DNA of 64,000 nucleotides, taken from positions 1,164,127-1,228,126 of the forward strand of contig CAWBAT010000005.1 of assembly GCA_963786955.1 (NCBI GenBank), read 5' to 3'. The stretch's first letter is position 1, and each line of letters starts with the position of its first letter. Under the pieces are notes generated by a model. That model was not told the DNA's origin. It searched no databases and worked only from the letters and a program-made list of their open reading frames with translations. The position numbers and the translations under genes were made by a program. Shown here in pieces: positions 48,786 to 58,967 of the stretch. This DNA is from an uncultured Acidimicrobiia bacterium (GTDB lineage: Bacteria; Acidobacteriota; Terriglobia; Versatilivoradales; Versatilivoraceae).

Positions 48786-50318
48786 TCACTGATTCCTCTT
48801 AATTTTCAAGGTCTGGACAAAGTCAAAATTTCCAGCCGGAGACAACTCGATTTCCGAAAGGCGACGGTTGTACACGCAAACGGTGTCCATATACCAGAGG
48901 CTGATGTAGGGCAGATCATCAGCAAGAATCTTTTGAATTCTGGAATAAGCCGTACGTCTTTTCTCCAGGTTGGACTCTTGGCGGGCCTCATCAATCAGCA
49001 GGTCCACTTCAGGATTCTCGTATCGACCACGATTATACCCTTTAGGGGGAACTTCGCGGGAATGGAACGCTCTTTCAAAGAGGTCGGGGTCATTATTTCC
49101 TCCAATCCATCGCAGTGAGTAAATTTGAAAATTGCCTCTCACAATGTCTGCATAAAAAGTGCCGAATTCGTAGGAACGAAGGTCCACCGCAATGCCAACC
49201 TCCTTCAAGGCTTGTTGAATAATTGCAGCCACCTGTCGGGAAGACTCCTCTGTAGAGGTCCTGAACGTCAATCTAAAACGTGGCAGAGGCCCCTTGCCAT
49301 CGGGATCTTTCCAGCCAGCCATGTCGAGCAGATTACGGGCCTTTTCCGGATCATAGGAATAGCGCTCCAACTCGGGCTCATAAGCCCAGTGATTCGGAGG
49401 AAGCAAACTCGAGGCTGGGATAACCAGACCGCGCCAATAGTAGCGGATAATGTCCTCCCGTGGAATTGCATAGGCAATTGCTTTTCGTACTTTCTTATCC
49501 CGAAGAACGAGATCTTTGAGATTTAATCCGATGTACTGGTAATTGGTTCCTGGAACAGCTCGCCACTCGAAGATGGGGTTCGCGCTAAGAGCCATCACGA
49601 AATCAGGGGTCAACACGTTTTGAGCAATATCAATGGATCCCTTTCGTAATTCCAAAGCCCGGGTTGTGGAGTCCGGAATGACCATAAACCGGATGCGGCC
49701 TGCGGCGGGGGAGTCCTCCGAAATAGTCGAGATTTGCTTCGAGAAGAAGTTCTTCTTCGTGCGAGTAAGAGACAAAACGATAGGGGCCCGAGCCTACCGG
49801 GTTGCGTTGAAAGTCTTTGCCCGACCCATAGGGTACGATCCCAATCCCTCCGTTTGTCAAGTTCCAGAGAAATCCGGCAAAAGGTTCCTTCAACCGGAAA
49901 ACAATGGTGTGCTCATCCGGTGTTTCTATCGACTGGATAAGCTGGAAGGTGGAAGATTTCGGGGAAACGAGCGAGCCATTCAGGAGAGATTCAAAGGTAT
50001 ATTTCACATCCCTCGCCGTCAGTGGACCTTCCGTCATGAAACTTCACTCCAGACCGGAGGTAAAAGCAGTAGGTCAGTGGATCGAGGGATTCCCAGCGGG
50101 TCGCAAGGTCTGGTAGGATTTCAAATCTTCTTCCCCTACGGACCAGAGAACTAAAAATCAGTTGTTGAATTCGTTCCGATTCCGCACTTAATCCAATGCG
50201 AGGATCCAGACTGGTAGGTCCGGCTTCCAGCGCGATCGTAATGGCTGGGTCCATGGTGCGGGGATGACCCGCAGCCCTGATGAACACCAGCGAGTATCAA
50301 ACCTAATACGAGCCACAT
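48786..50318 (-). pseudogene. ABC transporter substrate-binding protein, family 5 (peptide/nickel type), multiple frameshifts as read
   Basis: Fragments 50151-50363, 49991-50287, 49630-50037 and 48786-49775 join colinearly (LDPRIG...IQQLIFSSL, VKFHDGR, YRFVSY, RWIGGNNDPD). N-terminal signal MWLVLGLILAG. Confidence 0.7.
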
Positions 50319-50503
50319 AGTTTTCCGGGAGCAAAAAATTTTGACTTGTAAGGATTTGAGCATGGTCCGTCAGGAGGACAAACAATTGAGATCCGTCAAT
50401 GGGTGACAAAGTATGCATTGGCCTCTTTGAATCTGCCATTAAGAACCCAGGGCCGGGAAGAGCGAACACTTCGAGGCCATTAATAAACAAAGTCAGCGCT
50501 TTG

Positions 50504-51702
50504 CTACGAGGCCGGATACGTTTGAAATTCTTTCCGATAAATGATCTTCCCCAAGACCGTCATATGGCGTGCGCCCGTGGCTGATGGTACATTCCCGGGA
50601 TGAAAATGCAGCGTCTCATTAGCGAGGATGGCAAAACCAATAGCCTCTTTAGCTATAGACGGGATTCCCAATTCATCCGATGCCAAAACATCCAGCTGGG
50701 ATAAGACTTTCTTGATCCTCTGCATCAGGTAGGAATTTCTGGAACCTCCGCCCGATACAATCAGCTGGCGAATTGAGGGTTTTCCGAGCGATAAAAGGAT
50801 CGATGGCCTTCGCAATAGTCTGTACGGTGAGCTCCGTTGCCGTGCATATCAAGTCCTCTAAACAGAAAGAATTTCCTAATCGAAGCAGTTCTTCGAGGAA
50901 AGCCATTCCAAATTGCTCTCGACCTGCCGTCTTCGGAGGGGGAAGAGAGAAGTAAGGTTGCCGAACTAGTTTCTTGAGAAGCGCCGGGATGATTTTTCCA
51001 CTTCGGGCGATTTCTCCGTCTCGATCGAATCCCATTTCATTGTGGGTCATCCGTCGGACCAACCCATCAATCACCATGTTACCGGGCCCAGTATCAAAAG
51101 CCACGATTTCTGCCAGCGTGAGTGGCTGCTGGAAGAACTGTCACATTGGCGATACCCCCAATATTTAAGAGGATACGACCGTGCCGTGGATGTCGAAAAA
51201 GCAAATAGTCCACATAGGGGTATGAGGGGAGCACCTTTGCCACCCGCGGCCATATCCCGCGGTCTAAAATCACAGATCGTCGTTATCCCGGTTTGTTCCG
51301 CGATGATTGAAGCTTCCCCAATCTGTAGAGTCGATGCCAAAGTCCGACCGCAAAAGGCATCCGGCTCCGATTGATGGAAGATCGTTTGCCCATGGGAACC
51401 GACCAGGTCAATCTGGTTGATCTTAACGCGGGCCTCCTCACATAACTTAAGAATCGCCTCTGCATAGAGTGTTCCGATCAAAAAGTTCATCTGGCTGATC
51501 ACCTTGGGACGGAACAGGCGATCCTGAAGCGATCTGGAGAAGTTCTCGGTGGACCTCGAGAATCAAAGGGGATGGAGATAAAATGCCGCAACACAATTCG
51601 CGTCTGCCGACCTGCCCCAAAAATCTCCACCAGAGCAGCATCGACACCGTCTAGAGAGGTTCCCGACATTAATCCGATAACAAGTTTGGAGTTCTTGGGC
51701 AA
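50504..51702 (-). pseudogene. anmK: anhydro-N-acetylmuramic acid kinase, multiple frameshifts as read
   Basis: The TTG start at 51702 abuts the mutS stop. GLMSGTSLDGVDAALVEI, FDTGPGNMVID and the C-terminal GGGSRNSYLMQRI lie in different frames (fragments 51499-51702, 51071-51502, 50673-51104 and 50504-50815). Confidence 0.75.
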
Positions 51703-54327
51703 TTATTCTTCTACTTTCGATTTAAATTCATTCAATTTTTGCAAAGCCTGTAGAGGAGTAAGCTCGTCAGGATTTATTTGGCGGAGTTCTTCAAGCACTT
51801 CATGATCACTCAGGACAAACAAATTCAGTTGATTCTCCAAGGAGGTTTGCTTTCGTTTGAAACTTCGCGTCAGTTGATCGCTGATTTCGTGTTCCCCCTC
51901 TTCATGCTTTTTCAGAATGTCGCGAGCTCTTTCCAAGACGCTGGAGGGGAGGCCAGCAAGCCTGGCGACTTCAATCCCGTAACTCTTATCTGCTGCTCCC
52001 GGCTCCACCTTTCGAAGAAAAATAATTTCTTGACCCACTTCCTTGACGGAGACATGGTAGTTCTTCACTCCAGGCAAAAGATCTGCCAGCTCGGTCAGTT
52101 CATGGTAATGAGTCGCGAACAAGACTTTGGAACGCAAGTGACAATGGAGGAATTCGATGACTGCCCAGGCTATCGCCAATCCATCAAATGTGGCTGTTCC
52201 GCGTCCAATTTCATCCAAAATGACAAGGCTTCGGGAAGAAGCGGCATTGAGAATCACTGCCGTTTCGGTCATCTCAACCATAAAGGTGGAGCGGCCGCGT
52301 GCGAGATTATCGGTTGCGCCGATTCGAGTGAAAATACGATCAATCAGCGGCAATCGCGCATAGTCTGCCGGGACAAAAGAACCCATTTGCGCCATGATGG
52401 AAAAAAGAGCCGTCTGCCGGAGGTACGTCGATTTTCCTCCCATGTTTGGTCCGGTAATGATGAGGATTTGATCGGTGGAATCATTTAGATAGAGATCATT
52501 GGGAATGAACTTTCCAAGCGAAAGTTGATCGGTGAGCTGTTCGATGACCGGGTGGCGACCTCCTTTCACGATAAACTCGCCATCGGGTGCAATTTCTGGT
52601 CTGACATAAGAATGGGAATGCGCCACTTCAGTGAGAGAAATCAAGCAGTCTAATTGTGCCAGGGCCGATGCGCATCGCCTGATCCGTCACTGCTTCCAGC
52701 GCAACTTTGGAACGAAGTTCTGTAAAGAGCTCATATTCAATTTCTACCATCCGGTCTTCTGCCCCAAGAACTTTACGTTCATATTCCTTTAGTTCAGAAG
52801 TTGTAAACCGCTCAGCGCCGACCAGGGTTTGTTTCCTTTCGTAATGTGAAGGAACCAGGCCCAGATGGGACCTGGACACCTCGAGGTAATATCCAAAAAT
52901 GTTATTAAACCTTACCTTTAGATTACTAATCCCGGAAAGAGAACGTTCACGGGACTCCAATTCTGCGATAAATTGCTTCCCTGAGGTACTGATCTGACGA
53001 AGCTCATCGAGCTCACTATGGTAGCCCTCTCGAATCAATCCGCCCTCAGTGAGCAGGATAGGAGGGTTATCTTTTAGAGCTTTTCCGATGAGTTCGGCAA
53101 CGTCCTCCAATGGATCTGCCAAGTGGTTCAGTTCTTGGAGGCGCCGCGTGGCGAATGATCCCAAGCGGGTTTTGAGGAAAGGGATTTGTTCCAGGGATTG
53201 TCGGAGAGCGACAAGGTCCCGCCCGTTGGCTGTAGACAGCGTTACCTTGGAAAGCAATCGCTCGACATCGTAGACCTTCTGAAGAAGTTTCTTAATTTCT
53301 TCGCGCTCGATCAATTTCCCTTTTAGTTCAGTAATGACATCTAGCCGCAATTGGATCTCGTTCAAATCAATTTCAGGGCGCAGCAACCAGCTTCTGAGCA
53401 ATCGTGCGCCCATGCCCGTCGAAGTTCGATCCAGACAAGAAATCAAAGTCGCATGTCTGGTACCGTCGAAGAGAGATTCCACTAACTCAAGGTTACGGAC
53501 CGTCGAGGAATCCAGTACCAGTGCTCCGCTCAGATCGTAGTATTTCAAATGGTCGATATGGCTTAGCCGGGCTTTCTGGGTGTCCTTCACATAATGTAAA
53601 ACTGCTCCAGCCGCGGCCACAGCGAGCTTACGATCCTGGCAACCGAATCCTTCAAGGCTCATCACTCCAAAATGCTCGGTCAGCGTGCGTTCGGCGTAGT
53701 CTGTCGAAAAGATCCAATCTTCAATGATTGTTTGTGACGGGATAAACTGGACAATTTGGTGAAGCCTTTCGTGCGGCGGGAGAGAGGCATGAATCAGTTC
53801 TTTTGGTCTAAGGCGTTCTAGCTCGGTCTGAAACTGTTCAAAGCGTTTTCTCCCTTGAACTCCGTGGTCTGAAAGTCTCCCGTCGAAATATCGAGGGAAG
53901 CCAGGCCCACGCCGCTCCGATCTACCCACAGGGCACTCAAGAAATTGTTCTCCTGTGGTTCCAACAGGTTTCCGTCGGCAACCGTACCCGGAGTCAATAC
54001 TCGGCTGACTTCCCGTCGAACCAGTTTTTGTGAAGGTTTGGGTCGTTCAACTTGGTCGCAGACGGCAATTTTGTATCCTTTCCTGACGAGTTTTGCCATA
54101 TAACTGTCTGCGGCGTGATACGGGACTCCACACATGGGTACGGACAGCCCTTTTTCCTTGTTTCGGGAAGTGAGGGTGATCTCCAGTTCACGGGAGGCGA
54201 CTACAGCGTCCTCAAAGAAGAGTTCATAGAAATCCCCCAGACGAAAGAAGACGAGCGCATGCGGATATTCTTTCTTCACCCGATGGTACTGCGTCATCAT
54301 AGGGGTTGAGGGTTCCATGGAATCCAT
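51703..54327 (-). pseudogene. mutS: DNA mismatch repair protein MutS, two frame changes as read
   Basis: Three colinear fragments: 53818-54456 ([34 protein letters not shown]), 52628-53929, and 51703-52644 (GPNMGGKSTYLRQ Walker A, DEIGRGTATFDG). The junctions are near 53.85 kb and 52.65 kb. Confidence 0.85.
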
Positions 54328-54529
54328 TCTCCCTTGGCAGGAGGGGTCATGCGGAGAAACGGTTGGTGCCAAAAATCCTGGAAGTATATAATTCCGGTGT
54401 TTACGAGTGTCAACGCGACCCGTTCCCGGTTGGCGGGCCTCGTGTACACAATACATTTAAACTCCGCATAGGGAGAAAAGAAAAAAGATCTTCTCGTGTT
54501 TTCGAATTCTCTGATGTGACCTCGGTCAA

Positions 54530-55214
54530 ATGAATATTCTCTGTATTGATACGTCCTCCAGTGCCGGAAGCGTCGTTCTCGTTTGTGGAGAAAGAGTTCT
54601 TGGAGAACTTCATGTGGATTCACTACAGACTCATTCTGCCCGCTTATTATCGGGGATCGACGCAGTTCTCAAGAGCGCCAATCAGACGATATCCAACGTG
54701 GATGGGTTTGCCGTGATCTCTGGGCCGGGGTCATTTACGGGGATTCGCATCGGGCTGACCACAGTGAAGGGATTGGCGGATTCAATGCGGAAACCCGCCA
54801 TCCCGATAACGTCATTTGAGGCATGGGTCGAGAAACATCACGATCTTCAAGGCATCCTGGTTCCGCTCATTCCGGCACGTCGTGGCGAGGTCTACGCATG
54901 TGTTTACGAACGTCGGGGATCAGAATTAAAGATGCTTTCGGACGGGATCGGAGGAGAAGTGGCAAGTGTCATTGCACAGATTTCGGAGGCAGAAGTCAGT
55001 TTCATTGGTTTTGGTGCCCACCAATATCGAGAAATCATCGAGGGAAGAGGAAGAGGGCAATGGAAGATTTTTGCGACGGATCTCTTTCTAGGACAACCTA
55101 TGGCTCGGATTGCATATCAGCGCGCCACCAAGAAAAGAATTTTGCTCTGCGCAAGACCTGGCTGCTTTCTACTTGCGACAGTCTGACGCGGAGATTCACT
55201 GGAAAGAAAGGTAA
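54530..55214 (+). pseudogene. tsaB: tRNA t6A biosynthesis protein TsaB, one 3'-proximal frameshift as read
   Basis: ILCIDTSSSAGSVVL and ISGPGSFTGIRIG. The family-typical tail LAAFYLRQSDAEIHWKER* is read in another frame after the A4/T4 runs at 55133-55143. Its TAA overlaps the rimI ATG. Confidence 0.8.
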
Positions 55215-55726
55215 TGGTTTCCGTTCGACCCATGCAGGAAGAAGATATTCCAGGCATTATCGCCCTTGAAAATAGCTGGGATTATCTGAGCAAGTGGGGA
55301 GAGCAAGGATACCGTGCAGCACTGGCGAACCCAATCATCTATTATTGTTTTGTGGCTGAAGAGGAAGGGGTTGCGGTTCCAGAAGGGCCAGCGCACGAAT
55401 TGGCAGGCTTGGCCATCTTCGCACAGTTGTTTGATCATAGTGAAATCTGCAATATTGTAGTGGCCCGTCAGTACTTGTCCAAAGGTGTCGGACAAGAATT
55501 GATTCAGGCGTGTATTCGGCTCTCCGAAAAAATGGGTCTTTCGCCTATGCTTTTGGAAGTTAGGCAGTCCAATGAACGGGCCATTCGGTTTTATGAAAAA
55601 AATGGTTTCCACAAAATTGCCGAGCGTAAGGATTACTATATGGATCCAAGAGAAAACGCTTGGGTGATGGAGAGGACAATCCAAGCGGCAGGTACTGACG
55701 GACAACGCCAGGCTACTCAATTATGA
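55214..55726 (+). CDS. rimI: ribosomal-protein-alanine N-acetyltransferase (GNAT)
   Basis: 170-aa intact ORF with the GNAT core VARQYLSKGVGQELIQ...ERAIRFYEKNGF. Classic tsaB-rimI pairing. Confidence 0.8.
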   Translation: MVSVRPMQEEDIPGIIALENSWDYLSKWGEQGYRAALANPIIYYCFVAEEEGVAVPEGPAHELAGLAIFAQLFDHSEICNIVVARQYLSKGVGQELIQACIRLSEKMGLSPMLLEVRQSNERAIRFYEKNGFHKIAERKDYYMDPRENAWVMERTIQAAGTDGQRQATQL

Positions 55727-56125
55727 ACGAACGAGGAACCCACACAGCAGGGTGGTGGGCCTCATCCAGAAGAACGGGCTTTCTTTCTTTGTCCAAGCTC
55801 TACCTCGGTAGGAGAAGAGTAGGAGGTGTGGAAGACTGCGGGCTCCGCCATGGATTCCCCCGTTGATAGAAAGTGTGCATTATGACTTGTTTTTGCAATC
55901 GAGCTGAGGAGGAAGCTACCATGAGCGGGAAGCAGAAGCCATTGTCGATGATGCGGAGAAGAGGTAATGGGCTTCGGGGAGTGCCTTCTCACTGTCCTGA
56001 ATGGCGGGAACGCAGTCTCGAATCTCTTGCACCCATGAGCTCGCGCCCGATTCTCAAATTTTCCAAGGGTCGGGCACAGATCTTGGCGGTATCGGCACGA
56101 CAGTCGAGCCGTTCTTTGTGAAATG

Positions 56126-56455
56126 TTATCTCTTGACTTGTGCAGGTTCGACCACGGCGGACATCGATCCCCGACAATGCGGGATTCTTTGATCAGGCCC
56201 GTAGGCATGAACCTGATCGCGGCCAAATTCCGCCTCTTTTAGGCTGCAGGTGACGAGGATCGTTCGCCCGGTTAAATCCACTTCCATAGCGTGGCTGAAG
56301 GCTTCCTGAGTTGAAAAATAGAATAGGAACTGCAACATCTCAATAACATAGTCGTAGCTGTGGTCATCGTCATTAAGGAGAACCACGTTGTAGAGAGGTT
56401 CTGCCGCGGGTTGCTTTTGGGTTCGAGTGTCTTTGTCGGCCTTGGTGGATGGCAT
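56126..56455 (-). CDS. clpS: ATP-dependent Clp protease adaptor ClpS
   Basis: 109-aa ORF. PLYNVVLLNDDDHSYDYVIEMLQFLF...A...MEVDLTGRTILV is the ClpS core pattern. No clpA follows it. Confidence 0.85.
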   Translation of the reverse strand: MPSTKADKDTRTQKQPAAEPLYNVVLLNDDDHSYDYVIEMLQFLFYFSTQEAFSHAMEVDLTGRTILVTCSLKEAEFGRDQVHAYGPDQRIPHCRGSMSAVVEPAQVKR

Positions 56456-56713
56456 CGTTCAGGCTGGCAGGAAGAATCACTACTAAATTCATGCATCGAA
56501 ACACACTCACATCATAAAACAGCTTATCAGTCAGGTAAAGAACGGTGTCATCAGCAACAGGTTCTTTTTAAATGAACTCAAACTTGTTGCACGAAACTTT
56601 ACAATTCAACTACCGTGGCCTGGTAAAATGAAAGTACTTTTAGGTGTGAAATTCATTTCGTGATTCAATCGGTACTGTTCCATTTGCCGTTAGTCCCTAA
56701 AGGAGGACTTTCA

Positions 56714-57946
56714 ATGCTGGACAAAAAGATTGGCCGTCGAAAATTCGTCAAAAATGTTTCCATGGCCGGGGCTTCAGCAGTTATAGCCACTTCGCGTACA
56801 AGACCCGTTCTCGGCGCCAATGATCGTGTCGTGATGGGAATCATCGGTTCGGGCGGCATGGGCCGGAATCATCTGAATAAAACCAAGACTCTGGGAGTGG
56901 AATGGGTTGCTGTAGCCGACGTCTACGATGTCAATCTTCAAAAGGGGCTCGAGATTGCTGGTCCTGCCGCGAAGGGTTATACGGATTATCGACAATTACT
57001 AGACCGAAAAGATATCGATGCCGTGTTGATCGCTACCCCCGAACACTGGCATCATGATCATCTTCTTGCCGCTCTCAAGGCTGGTAAGGATGCGTATTCC
57101 GAAAAACCAATGTCCTGGTCGATCGAGCAAGGATTGGACATGGTCAATGCAGTTCGCAAGACCGATCGAATCGTTCAAATCGGGATGCAGCGGCGAAGTT
57201 CCCCCCTAGTCCGTGAAGCAAAGGCGATTATTGACGAAGGACTTATCGGGGAAATCAATCTGGTCCGAGCAGAGTGGTATTGGAATATTCCAATGCTTAG
57301 TCGAGATCCCACGCTGCCTGGCAAACTTGATTGGGATGCATTTCTGGGGCCTGCCCCGAAGATCCCTTTCGACGCCATTCGCTTCAGGAATTGGCGATTC
57401 TTTTGGGATTACTCGGGCGGAAACATGACGGATCAGGGTACCCATTTGCTCGATGTCATTCAATGGTTCAACAATGTTGAACAACCCATTGCAGCTCAAA
57501 CATACGGCACCGTTTACAAACTCCAGCCTTCTCAGACCCCAGACACATTTTGCGCGATATTCGAATTTCCCAAATTCATGTGTACCTGGACCCTAGCCTA
57601 CATGAACACATTCATGAAAGGTTGGGGGGTTGTCTTTCAAGGACAGAAAGGAACTCTGGAATTGTCCGAAGATGGATATCGCGTCTTTGCTGAACCCTGG
57701 AGCGAGAAAGGCTACGATCGATTTAAGACGCCGACTCCGATCCGGCAAAATCTCGCGGGTGGAGCGACCGATACCCTTCCCCATTGGGCAAACTTCCTGG
57801 AATGTGTCAAATCTCGAAAGCAGCCAAATGCGACGGTTGAAATTGGGTTCCGTGCGGTGAGGCCATTGCATCTGGCGAATATCGCCCAGCATAATTTGAA
57901 TCGAGCAGAGCTCGGGGCAGATGGTTATTCCGTAAGATTATCATAA
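56714..57946 (+). CDS. Tat-signal Gfo/Idh/MocA-family oxidoreductase
   Basis: ORF 56660..57946. The ATG at 56714 lies after AAGGAGG. Twin-arginine signal GRRKFVKNVSMAGASAV. Rossmann block VMGIIGSGGMGRNH and EKP motif SEKPMS. Confidence 0.75.
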   Translation: MLDKKIGRRKFVKNVSMAGASAVIATSRTRPVLGANDRVVMGIIGSGGMGRNHLNKTKTLGVEWVAVADVYDVNLQKGLEIAGPAAKGYTDYRQLLDRKDIDAVLIATPEHWHHDHLLAALKAGKDAYSEKPMSWSIEQGLDMVNAVRKTDRIVQIGMQRRSSPLVREAKAIIDEGLIGEINLVRAEWYWNIPMLSRDPTLPGKLDWDAFLGPAPKIPFDAIRFRNWRFFWDYSGGNMTDQGTHLLDVIQWFNNVEQPIAAQTYGTVYKLQPSQTPDTFCAIFEFPKFMCTWTLAYMNTFMKGWGVVFQGQKGTLELSEDGYRVFAEPWSEKGYDRFKTPTPIRQNLAGGATDTLPHWANFLECVKSRKQPNATVEIGFRAVRPLHLANIAQHNLNRAELGADGYSVRLS

Positions 57947-58181
57947 TTGGGGCCTTGTACTACCTGGTCCACTGCAAATTCATAATTTGAGGGTAAGTCT
58001 AGAGGGTGTCGGGTTTCTACTCTTGCCTAGGATTAGTACCGTGGTCGGCAATTGCACGCGACGTTTTTTGTCTCCTGCGGATTGGGTGTGCTTGCAAATC
58101 TGGAAAATCCCGTTAAGATAATCTATCCCATTCAAGGATACGTTTGCCCCTGAAGACGAAACCTAAAGGAGAGTACTTAAA

Positions 58182-58614
58182 TTGCGATATCCTGAAGATT
58201 TTATTGGCCCAATGCGAAAAGAACTGACTCGCCTTGGGGTTATTGAAACAAAAACCCCTGAGGAAGTGGACAAGCTAATAGCTCCTGGAAGCGGTATAGT
58301 GATGATGATTGTTAATTCGATGTGTGGCTGTGCAGCCGGAGGCGCGCGCCCTGGGATCGCCTTGGCATTGCAACATTCGGTTTTGCCCGATAAGGTCGCG
58401 ACCGTTTTCGCGGGCGGCGATGTTGAAGCGACGGCCAGAGTTCGTGAACACCTGAAAGAATTACCCCCCCTCCTCCCCTTCTGTGGCACTGTTTCAAGAT
58501 GGGAAGCCGCTATTCATGTTGCACCGCCATCAGATTGAGGGTCGCGATCCGGTAGCGATTGCCAATTCTTTGACTCAGGCTTTCGATGAACTCTGCGTGA
58601 AAGAGCCAAAGTAA
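58182..58614 (+). pseudogene. bacilliredoxin-like (BrxA/BrxB, DUF1094) thiol oxidoreductase, one frameshift in a C7 run as read
   Basis: TTG start after AAAGGAGAG. ELTRLGV...EVD......G..MMIVNSMCGCAAGGARPG carries the CGC redox motif. Removing one C from 58464-58470 yields PPSSPSVALFQDGKPLFMLHRHQIEGRDPVAIANSLTQAFDELC...*, ending at 58614. Confidence 0.7.
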
Positions 58615-58715
58615 CGAAGTGGGACATTAATTCCTTTGATATTGGTCTGCAATTCCCATAGACTAAATTTGATGGATTAGGCTCCCCTGTTGGACTTTTG
58701 TTGTAGGAGGTTACC

Positions 58716-58889
58716 ATGCTAGGCGGAAAAATCGGTCTTCCTGAATTGATTATCATACTGGCAATTGTCTTTTTTCTGTTTGGTGCAAAGCGATTACCCG
58801 AAATTGGCAAAGGGATAGGGGAAGGGATCAAGAACTTCAAGGGTGCAATGAAAAAAGACGAGAAGGACCTCCAGGAGAACAAAGATTAG
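58716..58889 (+). CDS. tatA: twin-arginine translocase subunit TatA/E
   Basis: 57-aa ORF, absent from the supplied track. RBS AGGAGG 5 nt upstream. [46 protein letters not shown] is the canonical TatA pattern. The listed antisense ORF 58514-58882 is therefore spurious. Confidence 0.85.
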   Translation: MLGGKIGLPELIIILAIVFFLFGAKRLPEIGKGIGEGIKNFKGAMKKDEKDLQENKD

Positions 58890-58967
58890 AATGGATTTTG
58901 AGAGTACCAGCCCTGGACCTTCCCTCCCATTGAGAAAACCTCAGTAGAATATCGCATCTGCCAGGTG

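Noticed and set aside
37136-51702. Programmed ribosomal frameshifting, recoding or an alternative genetic code as the explanation for the split genes.
   Set aside because: Too many events occur in too many unrelated genes, up to about one per 300 bp. There are no shared slippery-site or pseudoknot contexts, and both +1 and -1 directions occur. The first 33.7 kb translate cleanly with the standard code.
55830-55846. GGAAGACTGCGGGCTCC, together with CACGACAGTCGAGCCGTTC near 56096-56114, vaguely recalls the RNase P RNA P4 strands (GGAAAGUCCGGGCUCC / CACGACAGAACCCGGCUUA).
   Set aside because: The universally conserved GGAAAGUCC and ACAGAACCCGGCUUA cores are not matched. The two candidate strands cannot form a colinear P4 helix. 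None of the other conserved regions (GGUAACGCC, GUGCAACAGAGAGCA, AGAUGAAUG) is present between them.
55762-56226. 154-aa minus-strand ORF overlapping the clpS 3' end, considered as a clpA remnant or a real gene.
   Set aside because: It overlaps clpS by 100 nt in another frame. The sequence is Arg/Ser/Pro-rich without ClpA N-domain or AAA+ motifs. No RBS or sensible start context is present.
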